DNA from: Tubulanus polymorphus
Taxonomy: Eukaryota; Animalia; Nemertea
Length of the DNA stretch: 64,000 bases
Reading direction: 5' to 3'
NCBI RefSeq assembly: GCF_964204645.1
Contig: NC_134027.1
Location: forward strand, 20,546,560-20,610,559
Below, in pieces: positions 27,001 to 39,000 of this stretch (its first letter is position 1; every line of letters starts with the position of its first letter). The position numbers and the translations under genes were made by a program. The notes beneath the pieces were generated by a model. It had not been told where the DNA came from. It ran no database searches and saw only the letters and a list, made by a program, of their open reading frames with translations.

Positions 27001-28642
27001 AGGGCAACAGTAGCATGTTAAATATAGTAGCATTCAGTGACCGCGCCGCTCCACAAGTGCTAAGTTTCCTGCCGGGGAAAGGGTAAGTTATACATCATGT
27101 TTTTAACTTCCGAAAAGAGTTTCTGTGAATGTTATGACCTCTTGTTCCCCGTTCGGTGCAGTGGTATCTGCTGGCTGGCCAAGGCCTACAATATGCTTCA
27201 GCAGTTTTCTACGGACTGAAACACACACATCTCTGTATGATCTTGTAACGCGGCCGTTAGTTTTTAATTTTCCATTTATTTTACATATTTTTTCATTCGA
27301 AATCTGTCAAAATATGAATTATTTCTCACACTTTTATGATTAATATATAATTGATTTTCATATATATGATATTCATGTAAATAATGTTCATTTATATGAA
27401 TATTATAAGAGTAATAGGGTAAGTGTTTTTTCAGATCAAAGGTTGAAAGGTTGAGTGAGTGAAAAATAAAATAATTTCGAGCGTGTGAGAATTTATTTTA
27501 TTTTTTATGAGCTCGACGTTTGATCTGAAACAAGACTTACCCTATTACTAACCCACTATTTATAAATTTAAACGATTTTAAAATCGAGAATATATTTAAT
27601 CAAAAAATCTAATCTGACAATGATCTCTAGGGTGAGATCGAAATGTTGTGTATTTTATATTTTAGATTTTTTGATTACCGGTAAATTAATTCTCGATTTT
27701 AAAATTCTTTTAATTTGTATATATTGGGTTTTTGTCTTATCCAGATAAAATGTATAATGTCTGGTATTTGTAGTTAATATGTGTAGTTCTGAACCATGTA
27801 GTTCTACCAGTTGAAGCCAGAAAAATCTTGTTTTGAAAGTCTGATCATTAAATGTCTACTATCTGGTGTTTGTATTTCGTTTTATGAGTCAATTTTCAAT
27901 TGAAAATGCGTGAGGTCCTAAAAAATCAGGTGAAGTCCTGAACACAGGGTGAAGCCCGAACATTCAGAAATTGTAATCATATACCAAATGTCTTCAGCGA
28001 GGGGATCCAGACTCATGGGTGAATCTAGGGGGTTGTTGTAGAGGTTTGGATCCCTGCCTTATCGCCGAGGTTACCCTTTGGTCAATATGTAACATTGTTC
28101 ACTGAGGCATTTTGAGTTTGTCTAGTTTTAATTCAAAATTATGATACATTATTCAGTTACCTCGAATATTGATGTACATGTATATGTAATAACTTTCTGT
28201 ACATCAAAACAGCTGGGGTATTTTTGACATTTTTGGTATTTTCATTATTTTTTATAGGTAAATGCATAAAGCTGAGGCGCTTGGCCTTTTTTGCATGTAC
28301 ACATAGCCTAGTTTCGCCTTATTTTCTGTTGCAAAAATTTTGTCATTGAACGAATTTTGTTCTTGCTTTCATTTCAGGACAATTATTGGTCTTTATATAT
28401 CCTTCATCCTCGTTATCGGTACGTTGATTCGCGGATGGTTCACCGGACTAAAAGAGGATGTCAAATACCGTCAGATGCCTTACGTCGATCGCAACCTCGA
28501 GTTATGCTTTAACATCTATTTGGCTCGCGAATCGAAAGACCTCTACTTGGAGGAAGAGCTCTACGCGAAATTGCTGTTCTTGTATCGCTCACCGGAAACA
28601 ATGATCGCCTATTCGAAATACCCGAAAGAAAAGGAAGATTAG
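52..28642 (+). CDS. Piezo: Piezo-family mechanosensitive ion channel, C-terminal ~1294 aa; the 5' part lies upstream of the window
   Basis: Hand-spliced exons, all GT-AG and phase-consistent: 52-237, 430-487, 2068-2161, 2645-2810, 3318-3472, 5873-5982, 6325-6396, 6857-7091, 8942-9102, 10041-10117, 10850-10891, 11278-11539, 12264-12440, 13168-13242, 13605-13780, 14152-14308, 14411-14458, 15314-15480, 16027-16185, 16865-17012, 17307-17492, 18178-18279, 18842-19014, 25375-25509, 26422-26507, 26869-27082, 28378-28642 (TAG). Piezo hallmarks: IGWDVVCLVFILLQRR, IRLGDYYMFE (latch), FLWAMLSVPRPSKRFW, IIDRALYLRK, SAYQIRCGYP, PFILEIRMLMDW (PFxxE(x6)W motif) and LEEELYAKLLFLYRSPETMI. Confidence 0.97.
777..2017 (+). 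mobile_element. Non-autonomous Helentron/HINE-like element with internal 154-bp tandem repeats
   Basis: 5' end tttttaagtcccagcgggctattg plus a (GTCC)n tract. About 3.7 copies of a 154-bp unit at 1375-1950. The 3' subTIR ccaagtgggc is followed by a short terminal segment ending ttgtt. Homologous to the copies at 4365, 7211 and 33430-35582. Confidence 0.8.
3614..5520. mobile_element. Non-autonomous TIR DNA element (hAT-like termini) containing the HINE fragment
   Basis: TIRs cagagctgccaac and gttggcagccctg, with subterminal gttactg repeats at both ends. No clean 8-bp TSD is visible. Confidence 0.55.
4365..4882 (+). mobile_element. Truncated copy of the same HINE-like family
   Basis: High similarity to 830-1330 (gtagacagaatccagttatt...ggcggccatcttggtgtcatcagtactcat). 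Confidence 0.75.
7211..8582 (+). mobile_element. Older, diverged HINE-like copy
   Basis: Starts tttagcccactt...agcgggctattg, contains degenerate 154-bp units, and ends ccaagtgggtgtgatg...gacccctagttt. Confidence 0.75.
10163..10751. mobile_element. pogo/Tc1-mariner-type MITE
   Basis: TIRs ccataaaaaccggcgtat and atacgccggtttttacgg, flanked by TA on both sides. Internal repeated cggcgtataagtcgag motifs. Confidence 0.8.
17565..17835. mobile_element. Small TIR element (MITE-like)
   Basis: gctggctctatttattcaatttaaagagaggaatacc is inverted relative to ggtgttcctctcttcaattgaataaatggagctagc. A related fragment lies near 61845-61895. Confidence 0.6.
18430..18700 (+). repeat. ~50-bp minisatellite family (caatgccatcaggttcaaatccctgtgagggaggaatgtggc)
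   Basis: Units start at 18430, 18479, 18530 and 18581. Further arrays: 6058-6290 and 17080-17165 (opposite orientation), 19320-19390, 33385-33425 and 35845-35875. Confidence 0.75.
23270..23590 (+). repeat. Degenerate ~90-bp tandem repeat
   Basis: acacagtc(c/t)tga...acacagcc recurs near 23287, 23376 and 23467. Confidence 0.5.
23748..24708 (-). pseudogene. Intronless class A (rhodopsin-like, peptide-receptor type) GPCR pseudogene, antisense inside Piezo intron 19015-25374
   Basis: TM1 GLFGNIASFLVM, TM2 YLIALACTDL, TM3 SCWLVVISFERLVLVIFPF, TM6 TMMMLFTVSMVFLITLLP and TM7 INFSSNFYIY. The TM4-like FTRVIIIVLFIPCAI is in a shifted frame after ~24260. The TM5-like TANLIIIMILYK is in the downstream frame and is followed by an in-frame TGA at 24050-24048. 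Confidence 0.85.
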
Positions 28643-30713
28643 AACCGACATCTTGATCGATACTGGTGCTACGTACGAATATCGCGGATACTTTATCAAC
28701 AAACTTCTTGTTCGCATAGATTTTTTCTCATAGAATTTTTTTAAACTTTTGAATGTGGAGCTGCGTCTACAAAATTCTGGGTTTACAGGCCTATATCATG
28801 GGTGGGTTAAGGGGTTACGATGATCTGCTCAAAATCTGGGAAAGGTCCACATTTGAAAAATGAATTTTCGGAAATCGAATAAAGTCTTAGGCTTGTCCTA
28901 TGTGCTGCTGGTCCTATAGGCCTACAGGTACATAGGATTGGCATTAAACTCTTTATGAGCATATTTGCTGTCACAACTCGACATTTTTACCGTCGAGTAC
29001 TGTTATGCCAGAAACGGTAGTTTTCTATATGGAAGGAGCTACCATATATGGCAAGAAAAAGTTGATGTCTAGTTTGATGATCCCATGCAGAATTAAGCTT
29101 GGCATGCAGCTTATTTAATCATTTTCATGACGGATAATCAGGATCAGAGTATTCTAGTTATTTCAGAATCAGGATCAAAAAGAGTAGTCATTTCAGAGAC
29201 TTTAGTCGTTAGCAATACAAAAATAGCATTCATTGATCAAAGAGCGTTTTCAAAACTTTGGAGAATTATAATTTGTACTTAAAAAAGATGAGTCAATTGT
29301 ATGAAGAGTTAATGATGCAATAGAGATACCTGTCCATGTAATTAATTTCAATAAATATCGGTTAATTTAAATCCAGATCTAGGGATGCAATTATGGGACA
29401 TGTTCTGGACACAGTTGCTAATGAACTGTCACCTTTCATTGTATAAATAGATCGAACCCAAGATCCTTGGTAAAAGCTGTACCTTGATTCGTCGGTAGGT
29501 ACTCTTTTTCTTGGCCATTTAAAAAAATAGTTTCCTATCATTTGACTGTTGAGAAGTTGGATTTATAAATTTATCATTTTACGGTACCAACCTATTTTCG
29601 TGTCTGTTCTAGTCACTACATTTTCCACGAAGACATACTTTAGAGTCTTTGACACAGATTCGTAAATTGCCCCCAATTTTGAATCACGATTGAATTAAAT
29701 TATTAATCATGTTTGATATAAATGATAATGAGTTGTTTTAATCCTGGATTGCCATAACCATCATTCCGTGTTTTTCTGTGATGCTAAGAGGTGGCTGATA
29801 GGGGATGTCCCCAATATTGCTGGCGTTTTAATGGTAAGGGGTAGTGCTACAGGCAAGGTCTATGGATTAGGTTTGACATCAATCTACTATCCATACACTC
29901 TCAGACAATCACCATTTGATCGGTGATGTCCGGACATTCTGAATTGTCATTCATAGTGATAAAATATCTAGTAAAATATGAGAATCGATTTTCAAATGGA
30001 AATACCTGCGATCTAAATGGTAGACTCGGCAAAGTCTTCACTATCAGTTTTTGCAGGATGAGGATATTCAGAGATTGTCCAAAGGGTGGGTACAGACAGC
30101 AGATTAGCTAAGAGGGTGGGCACAAATGGCAGATTGTTGGGCACGTTGATTTTCTACTGATTCAAACTAGATTATAAGGACAGTTAATAAAGCCCAATAC
30201 ATGTTACTGAATAAACCCTGTGTCACTCGGTTCAAAACTTTCATAAAGAACAAGCTGTTCTGTGCCCATTCTAACCTTTAATCTGGAGGAGCACATATGA
30301 ACTTTGTTTTACGTTGAAAGCAGCGCTATACAAATGACTAATACTATTACATTGTATTATTATAAACCCTTGTCCCCAAAATACTATATAATAATATATG
30401 AGTGGAATCTACTGTATGCAATAAGTCAAAAATGATATCAGTTGTTTTATTTATTTGTGTTATTTACGTATGCTATTTATACATGTAGATGAGAAAATTA
30501 GTTAGGAAAATGAAATTAATCACTACTAATCAGAGGCGCTTCCAGCAAAGAATTGTAAGGTTTGGCATTTTAAGTCCATGAGAAGTTTTCCTCAAATTCT
30601 CGATTGAATCTTGTTTTTCATAGATTTATTCACTCCCAGGAAATGGACCTTAAGAATATTCTTAAAATCTCACCTAGACTGCATCACAATCTATATTAGA
30701 ATCACAAGATATA

Positions 30714-30945
30714 TGTAGTGGCCGAGTGGTTTAAAGCCATTGGTCATGCTGGTCTCATTTACCAGCAGTATGATTCATGGGTTTGAAGCTGCCAAGTTTC
30801 TAGGTTGAAGGTGCTTACCTAGCATCAATAGACGTTAAAAGAGACCCGGTTAATGATGACTCGAACAGGGTCTACAGGTTTGAAAGATGGAAGGAAAAAT
30901 ATGTTATCCTTGCATACGTTCCTGGATTCGCCTCTGTTAATGTGA
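30714..30945 (+). mobile_element. Degenerate tRNA-derived SINE-like element
   Basis: A-box-like gtggccgagtggtttaaag followed by a degenerate B-box, gggtttgaagc. No intact cloverleaf. The 3' boundary is uncertain. Confidence 0.4.
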
Positions 30946-33083
30946 AATTATGACTGTACAAATGTATATTGTTTATGTATTGCACAATTTTCTTGTGTCA
31001 AAATGGGTAAATTTTATATATAAGGTACACATACTCAAAAGGATAAACCATGATCTATTACCAGAATCTATAATGCAGGTGTAAAGATGTTTTTTGTAAT
31101 GGTGTAAAAAGGTATTGTATTGTAATGTATTGTGGAAATTACATTTTTCTCTTCTCTTGGGCAGAAACCCTTTCAAGAAGCCCCAACCCCTCCGCATTAA
31201 TTGGATTATATCAATCAGGTTGTACATGGAGGCATTCGTTTGAACCACTGAAGTTAGAAAAAAAGGACTGCTTTTAAGTGCACATTATAGCAGTATTTTT
31301 CATACGGATTTACATCGTGCAACTTTATCAATTGATTCATAGACTTCATTTGATAGATTCCATTTCTTAAACGTATGAAAACTATAGCTACAAGATCCTG
31401 TTTTTGTTTTAAACGAACCACCCAATTATTTTGGCTGGGGATACGCCTAAATATCACCCAGCAGAATTGCACTTGTCCTTGTTGGGGCAATCTTTATGTT
31501 GATCCAAATGATGACCTACACTTGGTAAATTAAATTGGAAATTGAGACTCAAAAATACTGATGGCCAAAGTGATGACTTGTTGGATAATGGCTTAATTGA
31601 AGTAATTTTTACGATATCCAACCTTCTATTTGCAGTTAACAATAGATACATTTGACTCAGATATATACCAAATGTCGAATATCTGAAGTCTTGGTCCATT
31701 ATTTGGGGGATCTGAAATAAGAAAGCGTCATTTTGAATAGTCTGAAATAATAATTTACCAACAGCTAAGAGAAAGCTATGATAGTGTGGGTATAACATAT
31801 AAATGCAACTGAAGTCGCCAAGGCTTAAACATTGATTTTCTCCTGCAGTCATAAGTTGTGTTCTGTTGGATGACCCAGTTGATCGGTTCAGTCCTACAGA
31901 ACCAGCCTTCAGAGCTGGTTATTTCAGTCTATGCCAAAGTTCACCAATCGAGCAGGGAACCGAGAAATCAGCCCAATCAAACACACCTATGGTGATAGAA
32001 AACAGTCGACCAAGCTGCTTGTCTGACCAGTGACTTTCAAACGATCCAGGCTACTGTCACCCAGAATCTTGTCAATGAAGATTTTGCAGAATTTTCAGGC
32101 CCTGTTGGACACTTGTGGCTTTCAGTTGTTAGATTGGCTGTAGAACCAAAATCAGCTTCAGCCAATCTTAAGCTGTTAGATTTAGCTATAGGGCTATGCA
32201 AAAGAGTTAAACTCGCATCTTTTGTTCAGTTACTATTGGTTACTTCATACTTTAACAATTAAACATCATTCTAAGGATTAACAATGAACATTTCATGACA
32301 CTGGACCCTGGGTTGTTAATTTTGGAGGTGTTTTTGTCGAAAAGAATTCATGTAGAAGATTTGTTGTTGTCGTACACACTGTGTTTGGTATTTATCAATA
32401 AATACAATTCGATTGAAGCTTTAATTTATTTTTGCTGTGTTGTTACTTTTTCTTGTACGCCTAACCAAGTAAGAATCTCTTCTTGTTATCTATAAACTAA
32501 AGGATTTCTGGCGCACCTCTGGTCATATCAGAAATAGTCCGTATGAATATCACATAAGGAGCAAACAATGACTGATCAATGATAATTGCCTAATTCACTT
32601 AAAATAAGATATACAACATATGATGTATTTGGGAAATATTAATGTTGCCTAATGAACGAGTGTAACAGCTTTTGAATTCATGTACGTATCAAAAATGCAT
32701 TATCATTTTTATGATGCAGTCAAAACTCATTATACCGTCATCCGGAATACCGCCAAAATTTTGAGTCCTGTGGCGTAATGACAAATTTGACTATTTCTAT
32801 GGTGTCTCTAAGGGTCAAATCAATGTTCTACTCGTGGTGGAGGCACCTGTACTAGAATCCTCAACTAAAATGAGAATGTTACTATAGCAGTAGAGGATTA
32901 ATTTTCCCCTGACCATCAAAGATTTAGGAATGTATCCGTATAGTGAAATCAACAAATTGTAAATATTATGTTCATATATATGAAAGACTAATAACTACAT
33001 TTTCATGTAAAAAATGACCGATTGCCTGAGTTTCTTAATTTATTTCTATATCAACTATAAAATATCTATGTAATAACAATTTC

Positions 33084-36000
33084 TCAGTCCGAATATCCGT
33101 ACAGATAACTTTCGGTTAACGCATTTTCAGGATCTTTCGAGTTGCGTCGACACCGACGACCGATCGGCTCCATATCGTTATAACATTTATCGAACACTTT
33201 ATCGACCACGTTTCGGGCTTTTTCTTCTGAGCAATTACGTACCATTATAACCGACGTGACAGCTTTACGTTTAATACATTCCTGAAAAGACGATTGATGA
33301 TCGTGAAAAAATGATAACATCATCGATACTGTAAACAGAAATACAGGCATAATCGCCTGAATATGAACCCGATGACGTCGATACTGCCATTTTCCTCATC
33401 CACAGGGATTTGAACCCTAAGACATTGATCATGGTAACAAAATATGCGTAGGTACCAATATCATAAGGAAATACTAAGTTTTTCTACTATTCAACGCCCC
33501 CTGGTGACCATATAGAACAACTAATGTCCTTAAAACTCATCACAATCATAGACGATTTCATGAGCTACAACTTTGCAATTGATTGTGGTAACAAAATATG
33601 CATTGGTACAAATATAATATAGAAATACTAAGATATTGTATTATTCAACGCCCCCTGGTGGCCATATACAACTAGGGGTCCAGGGACACCATGTCCACTT
33701 GGGCAGTGGTTCCAAATGCTCAACAATCTAACAATTTCAATATTCAACGCCCCCTGGTGACCATATACAGAATCCAATGACCTTGAAACTCACCACAATC
33801 ATAGAACATGTCGGCAGCTACGATTTTGTAATTGATTGTGATAACAAAATATGCCTCGTTACCACTTTAATATGGAAATACTAAGTTATTCTACTATTCA
33901 ACGCCCCCTGGTGACCATATTCAAAACCCAATGACCTTGAAACTCACCACAATCATAGAAAATGTCACTAACTATAACTTTGTAATTGATCATGGTAACA
34001 AAATAATAAGCAAATACTAAGTTATTCTACTATTCAACGCCCCCTGGTGACCATATAGAATAACTAATGGCCTTAAAACTCGCAACAATCATAGATGATG
34101 TCATGAGCTACAACTTTGCAATTGATTGTGGTTACAAAATATGCATTGATACGAATATAATATAGAAATACTAAGATATTGCATTATTCAACGCCCCCTG
34201 GTGGCCATATACAAAAACCAATGACCTTGAAACTCACCACAATCATAGAACACGTTATGAGCTACAACTTTCTAAACGATTGTGGGAACAAAATACGCTT
34301 AGGTATCAATATAATGTGGAAAAACTTTTACTTTTACGAATGAGTACTGCTGACACCAAGATGGCCGCCAATTGCGTCATAATTGGCTGATGAAAAATAC
34401 CTGTCTCAGGTATAAAACATCCCTTTCCAAAGAAAATTGCAATGAGAAATGATAAACCAGTAGGAAGCTACAGGACTCAGAATTTGGGCCAAAATTAACA
34501 TTTTTGGGCACTAAAAAGGTCATAGGACGGCCATCTTGAGTCCGATCGACCCAATTTTTGTTATGCTGATGGGCCCTGGGGGAATTCATATATATCCGAA
34601 AGATCAAGGTAATTGATCAAAGCGTCTTCAAAATTTCCCTCAAAAAGTTCAAAAATGTGTAAAAAGTGCTGATTTTGGCGAACAACAATGGCTGCCAGTC
34701 GGCCATCTTGAATCTGACAGGGCCAGTTTTTGGGCTGAAGATGTGTCTAGGGTAGATACATGTGTAACCCAAATATCAAGACATTACCTTGAAGCGTCTT
34801 CAAAACTTCCCAAAATAACTGGATTTCGTCTACGGACGGACGACGGACGAAAAGTGAACGCAATAGCCCGCTGGGACTAAAGTCCCAAGTGGGCTAAAAA
34901 CTAATGACCTTGAAACTCACCAAAATCATAGAACACTTTATAAGCTACAACTTTCTAATTCATTGTGGTAACAAAATCTGCTTAGGTATCAATATAATGT
35001 CGAAAAACTTTTTCCAACCTACGAATGAGTTCTGATAACACCAAGATGGCCACCAATTGCGTCATAATTGGCAGATCAAAAATACCTGTCTCATGTATAA
35101 AACATCCCTTTCCAAAGAATACCCATCAGCAATTGCAATGAGAAATGGCAAACCAGTAGGAAGCTACAGGACTCAGAATTCGGGCCAAAATTGACATTTT
35201 TTGGCACTAGAAAGGTCATAGGACGGCCATTTTGAGGCCGATTGACCCAATTTTTGTTATGCTTATGAGCCCTGAAGGGAATCAAATATATATAAAAGAT
35301 CAAGGTAATGGATCAAAGCGTCTTCAAAATTTCCCTCAAAAAGGTGTAATAAGTGCTGATTTTGGAAAACAACAATGGCTGCCAGTCGGCCATCTTGATT
35401 CTGACAGGGCCAGTTTTTAGGCTGAAGATGTGTCTAGGGTAGATACATGTGTAACCCAAATATCAGGACATTATATTGAAGCGTCTTCAAAACTTCCCAA
35501 AATAACTGGATTCCATCTTACTGGACGGACGAAAAGTGAACGCAATAGCCCGCTGGGACTAAAGTCCCAAGAGGGCTAAAAAGGATAATCTATTAATCAA
35601 ATGTCTATAGCATATATTTTGAAGTCGAAATCGAAAATCGGACCACTTAGGCCAAACTCGAGCGAGACACGCGCTGACACACAGAAACCCAATTTGACCG
35701 TCTAGCGCACTCCGCTGCCTTTCGGCCTTGATCGCTTATTCTATATATACTATAGACATTGGATTATCACATTTATTTTTTTACAGTACCTACAACTCTG
35801 ATACGAGCCCCTGTGATTGGAACCCGTTTGCATCATGAGACTTGGCCACATGCCTCTCAGGAATTTTAACCTGATGTTTACTTTCAATATGACTTCATAC
35901 CTGATGACTCTGCTTGATGTTTCCAAAGACTGAAGAATCACCTTGCAACCACGCGGTCATAAATGAACAATGCATCAGATTAGCAGCTCGAATCTGAAAA

Positions 36001-39000
36001 ATACGCACAGTCCAGTTACCACTAAATGAATTGAATACGAAAGAGCCCCATTACATGTAAGGGTTCATATATCTGTTACATTTGTGCCAAGGTTTGAGGT
36101 CTATATAGCCGAAAAACATGGGCACTTGACACAGTTCAAATTCCACACCTGTGCTCGACAAACTCTTCTCTTCAATAAGGGTATATTCACTACATTAAAT
36201 GCGTATCATTAGATCTGTATACATAGTTAGCATGCTTTTGTGTGGAGAAAAGCACTCCTCTACAGATAGCACGTTGTTTGATTCTAGATTCATACAATAC
36301 ATATTCGATGGTTTCATGGCTGCGTATAGACGCTGTAAGATTTTGGACCCGAGTATAGAATCAATTTGAATGAGCAGCCATAATCTACCAGAACTACTCC
36401 CCAACCGGTCAACATTTCAAGCCATTACTCATAGCATAGCCTCTTTTAACACGCTTGTACTTATTCCCCAAAATCAACCCACCAAGAATGATTTGTCCGC
36501 GCATAGCCAGTTCCTCATGGGGCTTTATTCTTACCTCGGTACAGGCCAGATGTTCGAGATTATCAAAATTCACTTTCGCCCGACATGCATCAAAGGCGTG
36601 CACGAATTCATGACCCAAAACTGAGCAACACGTGCTCGGTTTAGTGGCATTGTTCTGACAAATCACGACCTGAAACACACAAGAAAAGTTATCAACATTA
36701 TTTACACTCATAATGGTCAGAGAATCATGGATTATTTGATTCAAAGTTTGAAAGGAAAGAATGTGTTAAGGGAGCGTTTCGATAGTGTACGTATGACTTA
36801 AGGCTATAATAGCTGCAGGTGAAGGTAAGCCTTGCAACTCAGTGCAAAACGATTCTCTACGACCACCAGCAACAATCACATGACCCATTGACATACAAAG
36901 GCTTGTGGCTGCAAATGACACTCAGTTGCCACTACCAACGACACCAGGCGCAAAATATTTTATATGTTGTAGCCTAATTTTTGCGATACTGTCCCATCCA
37001 CAAGCAACCGAAAAATGCTGCTCTTCCAACTAATAGACACTAGTTGCACAACAACGCCCAAGATCTTCTGCATTCGACCTTAGGGCCCATTTGCGATCAG
37101 TTGCAACTGATCGTGTGCCATCACAAGTTGACTTAAGCCCGCCTCTAAGTACTGCGACTGATCCAATGAAAACTTGAGTGAGTTTGACTGTAGATTTCTA
37201 CCAACGTACATACTCAATGCAAATTCCACCTGTGGCAAGTGCAGAAAAACCAAGGGGCAACATGACGGGCAGTTAGACAGCAACAATGCTGGTTTTCTTC
37301 TTAGATTCAATGAAATTTATCCACAATTTCTCAACTATGAATGATAAATAAAAATCACACAAATGAGTTGGTCAAGGGATCAGATTCATAATTTTTATGT
37401 AGGAGGCTGAAAATCTAGATGGTAATATTGAAAATGAACTTAATTTTGATCAGGTTGTCCCATTTTTATGCACGCCATCAAGCGTGCAAGCCGGTGGCAC
37501 TGGATTTCCATTATAATAGAAAAGAGTCAACCCCTGATATACTGTCTACATCGGTGATTAAGGATCTTGACAGTATAACAGTATGGCAGAATATCGAGAA
37601 ATATAGAATACAGAACTTCCGTTTGCAGAAAAAAGTTGGTAGTGGTGGTGTATCAGGTGGCGGTATATGGGGGTTCACTTTTTTTCGGGCTTTGCAGACT
37701 TCAAGACTGTAAATGTTACCTGATTAGTTTCGGGGTCATAGCCCCCGGTCACACGACCTTCGCAATTTTCACATGACACGTGACGAGCTAAATCAATTTC
37801 ACTAGAAAACGAAATGCAAACGAGGTTCTTCAAGACAAAAACAAACAGTTTCTCCGATTTCAACTTATTCATAATTCAATCTTACCATCCATGTTTCTTC
37901 ATTGCACCAACCAGAATTTTTATCATCGGATCTAAGAAAAAAAAGAGACCCATGATTCCTTGAAGCTTCGGTACTGAATAAATAATATTAATCGAAGAAC
38001 ATGTAACCAAAAGAGTGTTCTTAGGATTGGCTGATATGGCATAATAGTTTCAGAGAGGAACCGATAATTATTTTCGCATTTTCAACTTGTTGACAATGGA
38101 TGTGGCAGGAACGAATACTTCAGGTTGATTTTTTTTGTTAAGTACAGTAAACGTTGCCTAACTCGGACGGAACCAACTGAGACTTTCATTCAACTCTTAT
38201 CAAGGACGTAATAACAGGGGTTTGTGCCGTGGCTGCACATAACGGTGCCGCCAGTTTCGAATGCCAGCCGAGGGAGGCGGGATGCTGCAATACTAGCTAT
38301 CCCACAATATAACGAGCACTTAGCCTTAAATTGCTATAATAAACTTTGAACTGAATCAACATATTTTGAGCACATTTGTTTATCAGAACTTTGTAGCGGA
38401 TAAATAAGCAATAAACCAGTAAACATAATATATTTAGAACTTTGTTCTTCCAAAATTAGCTGTTTAGGCGCTAAATTTAAAGTCATTCTCAAGAGATTAT
38501 CAATGACCCGGATATAAAATCCAAGCTAGTTTACGAGCATGCGTTCAAAAATACAACAAATTTATTACGAAGTGGCTACTTAACCCGCAAAAACCGTCTA
38601 GTTTCCCAAGTCTCCGTTTCTAGCTAACGCAAGTGCATAAGTCAGGAGTGCTGGGAAATGCTCAAGAAATCGGCAAAGTGCGCAAGCGGCACTACATGTG
38701 AACTTTAATGACTACAAGTCGCTGTAGTTTCTATTAGATTTGAATCCCTTAAGAATGTTTATCTTATTTTCGCTGGTTCATCTTATAAGCGGCGCTATTA
38801 GGTTCGAATCCCAAAAACTACTGATCGTATTTCAAGCGTTACGACATGAACTTTGTTGATCTAAGTGTCGCTGGTTTATTGTTTGCCGGGTGAAAAGTTA
38901 GCATCCCGAATATGAAACAATGAACTTTGATAGCCCCAGGGTTTACTTGTATGTGCTAGTATACACAGTAAGTTTGAATCCGGAATGTATAATAGAAAAA

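Noticed and set aside
31254-31852. Two overlapping - strand ORFs between Piezo and ATP23
   Set aside because: No recognizable motif or splice structure; could be decayed TE sequence, but this is unsupported.
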